Part shown: positions 11,258-23,348 of the stretch, in pieces | Numbering within the stretch: the first letter of the stretch is position 1 | Layout: each line of letters opens with the position of its first letter | NCBI GenBank assembly: GCA_040954595.2 | Contig: CM082586.2 | Location: 9,703,337-9,767,336 of the forward strand | Source: Balanoglossus misakiensis | Lineage: Eukaryota > Animalia > Hemichordata | Direction: 5' to 3' | Length of the DNA stretch: 64,000 nt | Notes under the pieces: model-generated | The model's database searches: none | Told to the model about the DNA's origin: nothing | What the model saw: the letters and a program-made list of their open reading frames with translations, nothing else | Translations under genes and position numbers: made by a program

Positions 11258-13115
11258 GTAAGATCAACACAATATAGAAATAATGGACGACGCCATGACC
11301 ATTAACGTTTGTTTATGGGCAAGGGCGAGGGGAAAGCCAAAAATTCATGGGCGAGGCTTCCGAGCCCATTAATTTTAGCTTAGCTAGAGCCCTGCATTTA
11401 TTTCCATTACATTACCAACAATCTCAAGAAAACCGTCAATATTTCTGAAAATGTCCCACACACAAGACTAGGGGCCCCGGAACTTGTGTTATGCAAAATG
11501 TTGTGTTCACTGAACTGTTTGCTAATATTACTATTCAGATTTACGGGCATGTAAACAAACCATTACTGGGTATTTGTGGTCAGTGATGTCGTTCATCTTG
11601 ACCAATTAAAATGCGACGCACAGACCACGGTAATATAATATGTGGGCAACGAAAGGTCCTGTATCTGTAACTTTTGAATTTTTATTCAGTATTATTCTGG
11701 TTATCACCCATCATTTCTTGTTCAGCTCGGTGAAGCTGGGTAAGCAATGTTGTTATTGTTTAAACATTGTATTCAAGCCTGGGTCTGGACTTGGATGCAA
11801 TTTGTCAATAATAACAGTGATTGGTAACTGCATGTTTACATAACTGGCTATCTGTTAAAGAGACCATTTGCTGTGTGTACAGTACACATGCCATTGGCAG
11901 CTTATGGGTCAGCCAGTGTTTGCCTGTTAATCTCTCGATGTGTGTTATTCTGTCTGTATAGTCAGATCGCACGGTACTCATTAACATATGTTAATGAGGG
12001 AAAGTACTTCAAACCATGTAGCCGTTAGAGTGGGCCCCGCTGAAGGGTCGCGAATAGGCCATTTTTTTATGCGACATTATAGAGCTGATTTCAGGCGAGG
12101 AGGACTGTGTACAAAATTGAGTATAGACAACTCAGGTTTTAAAGGATTTTCATCATTTCCACTGTGTCAACGTCACTACATCCTTGCTATGAGAACAAGC
12201 CATCCCTTGTGTACTTCGTGCTTATCACGGGCAAATAATTTGTTTAAAATCTCTGATTTTGATATGGTGCAAACATTTCACCAACAAACTAACACACCTT
12301 TTGCCCTTACTCAAGACAGCCTGATTTGTTTGAAATGTTATAAAACATTTGTTGCTTTAGCGGAAAAAGCCAGGTGTAGTATTCAACAAGGCCTAATTAT
12401 GTCGAGTGATATAGCACTTGCTGAAGAAATCAAAAAATATGTCACAATGCTACAAAAAGGCTGCAGCTGTGACACCGACTTGGTGAATTTTGCATGCTGG
12501 AAAACTGTTGTCTTTTAAGGAGAAGTGCTCCTCAGAAAACACGCCATTCTATTGTTTGACGTCAGGCAATATTTCAATGATTGTTTAGACAATGAATATC
12601 AGACTTTGCGACCCAAGGTCAAGTTACAACGAGTGGAATTCCACAGAAAACCTTATAGCTGGCTTATTCAGGAATTGCTATGTGTGTATTATCCAATTCA
12701 CCTTTCTGTTGTATCAAAAGTGAGTAGAAAGTTCTCCACCTTTTTGTACCGAACGGGTTCAGATCTCACTATTGCCCTCCAAAATGCACTTGTCGAACAT
12801 CCCCAGTATGTTGTACAAGCTGAGAAACAGATAGAGAGGCTTGAAAAGCAAGTAAGAGACTTGAGTAAAGTTGACGTTGACTTTTTCAAAATGCTTGATT
12901 TGGTGGCTGTGAAATGAAATGCCAGCATTTATCAGCAATCTCAAGAATTCAGTAATTACTGCAAAACAAACACTGTTGATCTGAGTACACTTGATGTTGA
13001 ATATATTGTCAGTGAGATTGACCCTGTGTTATGGAACACTGTTGTATATTTAACGTTGAACAACAGTGAACGCAGTAAATTAAAAAGCTCCAACTTTGAA
13101 TGGAATAAACACTAT

Positions 13116-13472
13116 TATAATATACCTCATGCTAATACTGTGCCGTGATTCGCCAGAATCCGTCACGTGATAGGAAAATAGAATCGACTATGAACCGCTA
13201 GGGAAATAGCAGAAAAAATATAAACCGGTCACGTGACCAGCGTGAGTGTGCAGACTCGGTCACGTCAATCACGGTCACGTCGTCAGACACAATGGCCACT
13301 GCTGAAGATGTCGTCTGCCAACCTCAAGAGAAAATTGCAAGATTTTCCCAGCTGTTAGCATGAGGTTTATTATAAAACACCTATAGCCTGGCCTATATTC
13401 GGGCCATAGCAGCCGTTTTTACCCCCTCGTGGCTGTGAGTTACCAGAATCATATGGCCAGGCAATAGGTGTT
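13116..13472. mobile_element. 357-bp non-autonomous insertion flanked by a 6-bp direct repeat CACTAT; related fragment at ~29110-29235
   Basis: CACTAT at 13110-15 and 13473-78; removal restores WNKHYGFYDRH. Inverted repeat tataatatacctcatgctaa / ttagcatgaggtttattataa plus a 3' hairpin. Confidence 0.75.
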
Positions 13473-13944
13473 CACTATGGATTTTATGACCGGCACTCTA
13501 TGGAGAGTAGAGCACGATTCCTCAGGCGTTTGTTTTGTGTGTATGCTATTGTTCACTTGTTCTGATCATTGTACTTACCCATTGCATACTTACCTGACTG
13601 ACATTGTTGAAGGTTATAGTAGGTCATTTACTCTAGTGAAAATTCTAAATCGATTTGGTATTATTTGTTCTGGAGATACATTGCATAGATACATGTTGGG
13701 AGTTATCAACAAAAGAACATCAGCTGATTTCATAGAGGAAAATATTGCAAATAATGCATTTTGTATAACTTCCATTGACAATATTGATAAATCAACTAAA
13801 TATGCAGCTGTTAGAGCTGATCCAAAGGATAGAGGTTTCCACGGTACCTCTTATCAAATGGTCCAACCAAAAGCAAAGTCAATTCTGAACAGTGTTGATG
13901 ATATTGTTTTTGGCAGTCATGGCAAACATTCAACTGTCAAAGAT

Positions 13945-14430
13945 TTTCAGCTAATCAACATATATGGTGATGGAAGGTGCTTTTTCAGGAGCATCTCTGT
14001 GAGAAATGATTTTGCATTGCGAAATTGCGATCGTCTACCTAATGGACTCCCTTCTGACCCAATTTTAGCTGACCGAGAGAAAATATTCGCAGACAAGTTA
14101 AGAGCAGATACAGTAGACATAATGTGTGCCAATCATATATACTTTGAAGGACTGGATGATGCACAACTTGATGTCTTGTTAGACGGCACTCGTTATATGG
14201 ACATTTTGCACAGAACACAATGTATGGAAAAGGCAGATGAATATGCTGGTATGCCAGAAATGTTATCTGTAGTGTATGTTGCAAAATGTCCATTACATAT
14301 ATATACACCAAGCAGAATGATATATTTGGAAGAGGAGAAACATTTGGTGATGTGTTCTCCAAGACTGAGCCTGTCTGTCTCTTGTACACACCAGACAGGC
14401 CAGGTCAATCAGGCCATTATGATTTGCTTC
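13945..14430 (+). pseudogene. OTU-family cysteine protease domain inside the Academ ORF
   Basis: INIYGDGRCFFRSIS (Cys codon 13978-80), LRADTV, YAGMPEM, PLHIY, then after one frameshift PVCLLY...SGHYDLL (His codon 14415-17). Confidence 0.85.
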
Positions 14431-14434
14431 TTAA

Positions 14435-15419
14435 GGTAGTTGGAAAGGCTAGGGCGTCAGTTAAAATTTCATTTATAAACACCGAATTTATAACTAGAAA
14501 TATATTAGAGAAAAATTAAACTCATAAAAAATTCGGGGCAATAAACGTGTAACAAGATATGGCTGGTTTTATGATACCTAATTTCATACATCTGGCAAGG
14601 AAGCTAGGGAGCCTTATTTGAGCGCCCTCTAGGGGAAGACTTCTCCTAGGCTATGCGCACAAGGACGGGTTCCCCTAGCCAAGGGCATTTAAATGTAACT
14701 TGCAAACACTGATTCTTGCAATTTTCAACGATAGATAACCTTGCTTGTTTATTAAAGGCTGCCAAATTATGGACATTTTTGCATTTCTAGGGAACCCGAA
14801 AGGCCAGCGGAAAGGCGTTTGACCCAGATAAATGCGATCCTTCGCCGTGAACTGCCGCTAAACTTTGCGTATTTCGCTACTTTTCTGCCCTTCGCCATAA
14901 TGTAATGGTTTTTATTTGTGATTGAATTGGTATGCCAGATATTTTTTTATCATGAAACTTTCAGGAAAGGCTCGGGACATCCCAAAGAACAATTTTACAG
15001 GACAGTTTTTTCATAAGTTTTCCCGTTGTGTTTTGGCAGCACGTTAAAGTTGTTTACAAAATATCAACAAAAACTGTGTTTTCCTGAGTGATAACTTTGA
15101 AAAAAATAAGTTTATGCTGAAAATGTCCCATACATTGCTTGAGGGGTTGCTTAATATTAAAATGAATACAAATTATTCAATCATTTGTGAAAACATGTCA
15201 AGATTCAATCAATATTTTGTAAAATTATGAATATTTATATTTAGGCATATCAAATTTCTTAATTTTAGCAGATATTTTTACAGTCATATTTTTCCCTCAC
15301 TTTTTAGTTTGTTAAGAATACATGCTGCAAATTTCAAGTCATTATCTTTATTCTAACTTGTGACAATAAATTCACAAACATTGAGAGAATTTGCTTCAAA
15401 AATAGCCTTTCCATCTACC
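14435..15419. mobile_element. 985-bp Kolobok-like non-autonomous DNA transposon
   Basis: TTAA on both sides (14431-34, 15420-23); TIR ggtagttggaaaggcta / tagcctttccatctacc; removal restores DLLLNRQLIK. Confidence 0.85.
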
Positions 15420-18400
15420 TTAACAGGCAGTTAATTAAAAGTAAAGATAGTCTGGTGAATGAAAATGCACAGAATTCATTTGAACGGTGGCAGGAATTAA
15501 ACAGTGGCTTTTGTTCATAAAATACAGTAGACTCTGAAATGAATGAATTTTTTGGCGATTTTCCTTGTGGAAATAATACTAAAATCATGGTTGACAGATC
15601 TACCTCAAAAATACTGGTACAGATTTGAGTGCACCTGTGAGAAAAGCCCATACATTTACAGAGAAAAAATCTAATGATACTGTTCATGATGATGTAGTAT
15701 TTAATTAAACCACCTCTACTGAGACAACATCAACCACAGTCATCAATTTCGCTGTCAGATTTTGACATTAAACAAGACGAATCCATTGCTTGGTCAGAAC
15801 TGTTTTCCATAATACCCAGCACTGATTTTTTTGTGACAGTACACAGTACGATATTTCACCCACAATTCTCCATGATTTGTATCATTGAAGGTTGCCCATT
15901 TAATAACTTTTTCTGTTTTATATACTTACAATGATATGAAGTACATATAAATCTATTTATTTTTATCTAGGAAAAGTACGATTAGGAATTAGAGTGAAAA
16001 TTTCAAAATCAAAATTTAAAAGCCATAGAAATCAAAGTATCCATGTACTGCAAATGTCACACTTTGGAGGAAACAAGCAATGATTGACTGAAGTGGCCAG
16101 TCTCTGTTGAAAGTTAACATGCAAATTTCCATTGTTCTGTCAATAGAAAAAATCAATATCTTTTTGTTTGATTAAACAGTTGTTTCAAGTGACCCTGTTT
16201 TACTCCAAACTTTTTTGTATGGCTGGCTATACAATTGCTTGATTATTTTATAAAATTCGTATCTCCTCTCTCAATAATGCATAATTTTCTAAATCATTTG
16301 AAATGGTAATTGACAATAAGATTCACCTTAAAGGTAAGATCTCAAAATTTCTATTAGTGGTCTACAATTCTCTCTACACATGTGAACTTTGCCTGGTTTG
16401 ACTGAGTAATCTCTGATTGTACAAATCAGAATGAATTATGGGATATTTCACGTACTGTGCAGAAGGGCAAATACAGACAAAACTTTCAAATTTTGGGTTA
16501 GATTTATAGAGGAAGATTTGTTTGCATACATGTCTTTGTACATTGCAATAAGGTCAGGAAATTGGAACCTTCGAATATTGGCTTTGAAAAAAAATGAACC
16601 CACTGTTCCATGCATATGACCGATCCCTGTACTTGAGGTTAATTCCCAGACATCTTGCTGACCTTCTGAAGATGCCAAACTCTCTGTTGTTACATTTCAA
16701 AGCAGGTGGTTTTGTTAGCAATTAGTCAGGCTCAACTTGGGTTAATGTAGCACTAGTTGAAGCCCATGAAATGTGCGTCAATAAAGATGTTAAAGCTGCA
16801 CTGCATACTTCTACAGGTGGGTTAATGGAGAGAATAGCAATTTATTTACCCTATAGAGCTATGGCTGCCAAGAATCTAAAATATCAGTTATTTCCTTTCC
16901 AAAATGAAACCCATAATTCAGTTAGCGTACATAAAATACATGAGTCAAACTGCAGGTTGTATATCAATTGTCTTGAAGGTGCTGATGTATTTTCACCACT
17001 TAATACCGCCAGGGAGCTAACTAATATATTTTCAGATGACACAGCAAAATATAGCATCACGGACACTGTGGTCCCATTTGAGGATTATGTGGAAATAGTG
17101 ACACACCAGAATAAAAATTACAGGTGACATTGCAAGCAGATATGATCTTACGATATAGAAACATGGAATGTAAAAAAATTAACAAGGAACATGACCAAAA
17201 ATTGTCTGTACAAACACATATGAGAAGCAACTTCTTTCAGTCAGCCCTGGAACAGACAGACAGACACACACACACACTGACCTGCCACTAGTAATTAAAA
17301 ATTTAATAGCCCATGATCTCTCTAATAGCTGGCTTATTGAAGTTATGTAAACATGTCTAAGTTGGGGGTAACAACTCCTTGTAAACAGTAACTTTCAAAA
17401 CAACTGGACAATTTGTTTAGGAGAAAAAACTCGCTAAATATTGAATATTTCTGATATCAGAATTGAATAAAAGTTGCACATATATACGTATGTGTTAGGA
17501 AATTATATCCTAAATTTCAAAGCAATCAGAGAAAAAACAAATTTCAAAGCAATCAACAAGCAGTTTCACAAAAGATATTTGTTCAAAAGTGGCAAAAACA
17601 CAAATATGCAAATATCACCAAAATTGTACAATATCTTACTTCAATCACTTCAAGGAACATGCTGCCAAAGTTCAATGCAATATGACAAGCAGTTTCAGGA
17701 AAACAATTTTTTGACAAAAATTGCAAAAGTTTCCCCGATAACACATTTATGAAAATATCACATTTTGTTCAACATATTACTTGGGTTACCCCTACGAACA
17801 TGCCTACAAAATTGCAAAGCAATCTGGCATGCGGTTTTAAAGAAAACAAAAATTTACCAAAAATGACAAATATTGCTCAAAATTATAAATATGCAAATTT
17901 TTCAACAAATAGGGACAAGAGTCTTTTCGTCGGTAGTAATGGAATTGTGTCTGAGTGGGAAGCCAAAAGTTGTCATGAAGAAGCTGACAGTAGATGCATC
18001 CTTCATGCAGTTCAGTCCTCTTACAAGAAAGGTGTTATTTACTCCCCTAATATCGATACTTATCATGTTCTCCTCCCAGTACTATATCAACATGTTCAAA
18101 AGGAGATATTTGTACAACTTGATAATGATTTATCAAATCTCACTTATTTAGACATGAATCAATTCAAATCAGATTTAAATTTAGACCCTGATTTGCAACA
18201 TATTCCTCTCCAATATTTAGGCAAAATATTTCAAACACTGTTCATATGCACAGGTTGTGACTATACTTTGCAGGCATTGGAAATAAATCTTTCTACAAGA
18301 CATTTTTTCAATACTCTGAATTTATAACTAGTGGCACCCTTATACCTGGAACACTGATAGACACAACAGTAGACAGTGTAGGGAATGGAATTTTTGCTTT

Positions 18401-19239
18401 CATACGTTTAAAAGGTAGTGTTTATGTTAAGAAACATTTCCAAGCATTTGATGCATCTCATCCTTTTGAACTTTATCGACAAGTAGCCAGTGTCACTAAC
18501 AGTCTTAAAGATAACCACATCAAATGGCTTACATATATACGAGAAACAATTTGGCCACGTATCCAGTATGAGGAAGAATGTATCCCTTCCTTTGAAGCCC
18601 TACAACTGCACTGGAACAGATCATGCTGGGTCTCTCAGTTATGGTCCCAGGCCGATCAGTGCCATGTTACGTTTCCCTTATTCAATAATTATGGATACAG
18701 ACTAAGCAACGGCGAACTTGATATTATTTGGGACAGTGATGCCAATTTAGAAAAAGTAAAACTAATTTGGAGTTGCTAACAAAAGGGTGTGGCTGCAAAA
18801 AGATGCCAACTTGTAATAGCAGATGTTGTAAATGTTATAAGACCCACAATGGTTGTGGCCCTGCGTGTCGATGCAATGACTGCAGTAATCCACATAATGG
18901 GAACCCTGGATTCTGTACCACATCGAAAAAGTATGGGGTATACCCAAAATTTACAGATAAGTCACCACTATTAGAATCACCATCACCAATCACTGATACT
19001 GAACATCATAATATGGAAAATAGCATCGATGCAATTTTACAGGAGGAGTCACATGAAATTGACATTTTAAGAGAAGAAGAGGGAAATATTTACGAGACTG
19101 ATTCTGACTTTGACGAACTGACTGATGAATATAACTGGACGGAAGAAAATCAAACTGATAATGCAAAGAATGGTGATTGTGATTCCAATGATGGTGACTA
19201 TGATGACATTTAATGAATCATCAAAGAAATTGATTTGGT

Positions 19240-20895
19240 CTTTTGGGGGTTGCAGCCCTGTTGTGGTTTCAGTCATACCTTTCCAATCGCACCCTGTGTG
19301 TATGTGTTAATTTCAGACATGGTTACTATAACCGTGTTCCAAACAATCACCATTTTATCCGCTTGACACTGAGGGGACACAGGGATCAGTTCTTTGTCCT
19401 ATACTTTTTAATATGTACACTTCTCCATTAGGTGAATTAGTTTCTAGTCATGGATGCCTGTATATAGCTTTTGTGCAGATGGCTCTTCATTGTCTTTTAC
19501 CAAGCAGAATGCTCCCAGAATGCTTTCAAATCTTGAACGTTGTATTTCAGATGTCGGTACTGGATGTCTGAAAATGTCTTGTGTTTAAGATGGGTCCCTG
19601 GGATCTTTTTGCTCGTTGCTATGGGCCTTTATAGGACACTACACTCAATTTTGATCGAAACCGTTATGAACGTCCGACAAGGGGCTTGTAACTAGTTAAA
19701 AATACACACGATTGTGTGAACATCCCCTGCCCGAGTATGTTTACGGCAGCTACCGCCCGGCCATAGGCCGCCACGCTAATACAGCAAAGCAGCGGTCATC
19801 GATAGCGTGCGCGTCCTGTAACCACAGTAACTGGATCGAACGCTAAAAATCCAATGTTTTGTACACAGAGATTTTGTACCGTTCACGAAAATCCCTAAGG
19901 CTTTTTTCACAGGCTATGTAGGCCAGCCAAATTTGACCTGCTTGTTGAGAACGCACTTCCGCACAGTGTGACGGATCGTTTTTTCGGTTTTCGTCGTGCT
20001 AAGAAGCGATACCAGTGGAAGAGTGCGTCCAAAAACACCCAAAATCGATGACTTTTTCAGGTGTGGTACGGGTATGCTGAAATCGTATGATACAACGATA
20101 ATATTCGAAAACAAAATCCGTCACGATCTTCCCTGGTTCAAGCAACTAATGAATACATATCAAGTTCGTTTTTGAGGTCACGGAATAAAAAGCCTTAGGC
20201 TTTTGAAATTTGACCTAACTAATTTGCATATCAATGGCGTCAGGGGGCGCGCGCTCACAATCCTGCAGATTTTCAACTAGTTACCAGCCCCTTGTTAGAC
20301 TCTGAAAACGGCTTAGTCCAAATCAGGTTGTAATGTCCTATAAAGGCCCATAGCAACGGGCAAAAAGATCCCAGGGACCCATCTTAAATAACGATAAGAC
20401 TGAATTTGTTATTTTTTCTGCTACTTTGGGTAATCTATCTGCCAGAGGGATTACAGAAATTCATGTTGCGATGCTCTGAAACCTGTTCATTGACTGACAA
20501 TAATTGCACAGATCTGCCATTCAGTCGCTTTTCATTTGCAGCATATTGCACTTGTCTGTAAATATTTATCTCAAGCCGCCACAGAGCAATAAAGTTCCTG
20601 CTTTTGTTGCATTTCGAATAGATTCGTGTAATTCACTTTAATTTGGACTCCCTAAGTACTAGATCAGCCGTATTCAAGTTCAAAATATTGCTGCTAGTTC
20701 CAAAATCACCTTTTACATCAATGCAATTTCAGTTGCATTGGTTACCTGTGTCTGATTGTATTGTTTTCAAGATTTTATTTCTTATTTTTGAATTCATTCA
20801 TAGACTTGGACCATCAAATCTGTGTGATATGATCAAATTATATGTTCCAAATCGAAACTTGAAGTCAGCTGATCAGCTCAAACTCTTTCCTGTTC
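19240..20895 (+). mobile_element. Decayed CR1/L2 non-LTR retrotransposon reverse transcriptase fragment
   Basis: ALLWFQSYLSNR, QGSVLCPILF, MSENVLCLNNDKTEF (after removing the insertion), LHWLPV..IVFKIL..YVPNRNLKS. Confidence 0.85.
19589..20383. mobile_element. 795-bp Kolobok-like MITE inserted into the LINE
   Basis: TTAA duplication (19585-88, 20384-87); ~53-bp TIR beginning gatgggtccctgggatctttttgc with two mismatches; GA...TC termini. Confidence 0.9.
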
Positions 20896-21960
20896 AGCCC
20901 AATGCAATGATGACAACAAAAGTCAAAACAAAATTGCTTGCCTTCAGACACAAATATTTATTGCATATATCATCAGCGAATAAAGGGAAATGGTTTCGAA
21001 GTTACAGTTGGCATTTTGCATTTTCGAAACGTCTACTTATATCCCAGGCCACGATACGGAGAAAAAAAATAAAAATACACCAGCTGAGCTCATCGCACGT
21101 ACGAAGTCATGAATGGTAAACCTGGCATTCTGTCCATATGGGACCTACATTTGTAGGCGATTGATCGATGTTGTGTCGAAATCAGGCCCGTAATTAAGTT
21201 AAAACTTGGCTAATACGTTACCTTAGGGTGTTATACATTATCCAGTAACTGTTTTACTTAAGAATTGCCTTTCAAAAGCTGTTTTCCCCACGGTAAACGT
21301 ATCGTTTCACGATCAACGCAACACTTCTGTATTTACAAGTCTAACATGGAGCCGGAGAGGTCAACTTTTACTTCCGGGTCATATCGTCGAACGACATCGA
21401 TTATTTTTAAGCGGACTGTTACACAAGCATTTCGAATTAATTTATTTTCACGGATGTCGGGACCGATATTAGACCTCTCTGTCAGGAAAGTTTGGTTAAC
21501 TTCCGAGGTCGTTTTCAAATGATTTTTGACACGTTTGTGGACGTCTCTTTCGGGGTCACCAACATACCACCGAAAACACGTTAAAAACTTCTACTATTAC
21601 CGACAGATTTTCATAAAATTTACGTCTGCATTGAAAAATGGGAATCACTTTCGTAATTTATCCAGCTAACATGGTATTTTATTGCACAACAGAGCGTAAA
21701 AATCAAGTTGAAAATCACCTTGGAAACTGGCCTATTGCCGTCTGTTTGAAAGTTAACGGTCGCTCGCTTGATGAACTTTCATATGCAAATGAGCGCCGTG
21801 CGATCTGACTGTGTATATGTACTCCGTGTAGACTGAATGGGACCACTGTGTGCTTGACGCAATTTTTTACACTCATCAGGTATATTTTGACTAACACAAG
21901 CCAAAATATCACCAACTCATCTGAGAAATCTTATCCCAGGTCCTAAGGTTGTGAGATTAA

Positions 21961-22362
21961 TAGAATCTCACACTCCCAAGGACTAGGGGTCATAATTCTG
22001 ACATGAGTTGGGGATTTTCTGTCCCTCACGAGCCGCAGGCGAATGTGGGACAAAATATCCCTGACAAGTGTGGGAAATATGATCCTAGGTCCTTTGTGTA
22101 TGAGATTATATTTCTCACACGGGCAAAAATTAGCCAAATTCGTCTTAAAACATTGAATAAATGACTCTTGAATTGTCATCTGGCATGTTGTAGTTTCTTT
22201 ATCGTGTCATTGGATAACATTTAGCACAAGTTATTAAAAAACGCTTTGTCATCCAATCAGCGCTCGCATCATATACAGCTTTCGTTTCAGTGAGAATGTG
22301 GGATTGATTTGTTCTCACACTCTGATCCCACACTCTCAGCGTGCCAGGAGTGTGAGAATCTA
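21961..22362. mobile_element. Full-length copy of the tctcacactcc MITE
   Basis: ttaa|tagaatctcacactcc...ggagtgtgagaatcta|ttaa. Confidence 0.8.
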
Positions 22363-22683
22363 TTAAGATCTACGAGTTTGAAATCTTAGGTGAAGAGTTT
22401 ATCAATTTCACTGCCAACCCTGTAGGGCATTCTGGGATATGTGTTCATGCCAAAGCACAAACAGTTATGACCTGACAGATCAGTTTGTAGATAATTTCTA
22501 CAAATCCACAAAGAGACTCAAAGTTTAGAAAAGTCGTGTCTGTTAGAAATATTAGAAATATCACTGTTAATACTAATTTCAAAGCCATGTGAATTTGTTC
22601 ACTTTATGGAAATTTTTAAAGGAAGGGAGGATTGGTATTGACTTGAATAATTACAACAGATGTTTTTTTCCCTCTATTTTCAG

Positions 22684-22803
22684 ATGTGAATGAGTGTTCA
22701 GATTCTGTTTGTGCTGGAGGTTTTCTCAATGCAGAGGGTGGATTCAGCTGTTGTTGCGGTGATGATGGTTTCTCTATGAGTGCAGATCATGTCAATTGTT
22801 TAG
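22684..22803 (+). pseudogene. cbEGF exon with the third Cys replaced by Phe
   Basis: 120 bp, phase 1-1. Reads DVNECSDSVCAGGFLNAEGGFSCCCGDDGFSMSADHVNCL. Confidence 0.8.
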
Positions 22804-23238
22804 GTAAGTTTTTTTGAGTGGGGAGGGGATAGGTCAACAATGGCTTGGCATTTCCTGCCTCAAAAGGGCGCTTACAGAAGTTGTAAGTGACAAAGATTAC
22901 AGCCAGTCACCATGTAAAAACAAATATAAGTTATCAGGCACTTTCCAAAGTTACACATTTAAAAAAAAATTGAGTTTGTTGTCTCGTGTGTGATATTTTT
23001 GGCTTGCAGAACACTAGCTTGTAAAATGTAATGTGGTTACTACATTGTTTGTTCATCAGTATACAGTACTGGTACAGATAAACATATGATATGACCAAGT
23101 TATATGCCAGATGATATTTACTAAGTTTCACACAATTTTGCTCTCTTGTCGTATATTTTCAAATGTGCACTCAAGGACAACTGTAATTCAGATGTATTCA
23201 TTCTAACACAATTTATCATATTCGTGTTTTCCCCACAG

Positions 23239-23348
23239 ATGACAATGAGTGTGATCAAGCTGGTTGGTCACCGTGCCAATAAGTATGTTACAACACACCA
23301 ACCAGTTACCAGTGTGGTTGCAGACCAGGATTCAACATACATGCGTTG
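23239..23348 (+). pseudogene. Degenerate cbEGF exon with stop and deletion
   Basis: Reads DDNECDQAGWSPCQ*VCYNTPTSYQCGCRPGF; 110 bp (not a multiple of 3); acag|...|gtgagt. Confidence 0.85.

Larger units (their letters stand above)
11988..19213 (+). mobile_element. Fragmented Academ (AcademX-type) DNA transposon ORF: transposase, OTU, XPG-like nuclease, Cys8 finger, acidic tail
   Basis: Motifs in order: PLHTYLTDIV..LVKILNRFG..S.DT; SIDNID (D at 13777); FHGTSYQ; IRSGNWNLR..LFHAYDR..Y; VALVEAHEMCVNKD; HEEADSRCILHA (17974); SPNID; TGCDY (~18250); LHWNRSCWV..W; CGCKK..C..RCCKC..C...CRC..C (18788-18885). Several stops, frameshifts and nested insertions. No TIRs found. Confidence 0.85.

Noticed and set aside
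11270-11990. Left terminal inverted repeat of the Academ element
   Set aside because: No matching inverted sequence was found after 19213, so the element ends cannot be defined.
17749-17915. N-terminal part of the 192-aa ORF as Academ protein
   Set aside because: It is read-through from an inserted dispersed repeat. Academ-like sequence resumes only near 17915.
10805-20895. LINE 3' end (10.8-11.1 kb) and LINE body (19.2-20.9 kb) as one rearranged element
   Set aside because: The pieces are roughly complementary but do not overlap enough to test identity. Independent copies are the simpler explanation.
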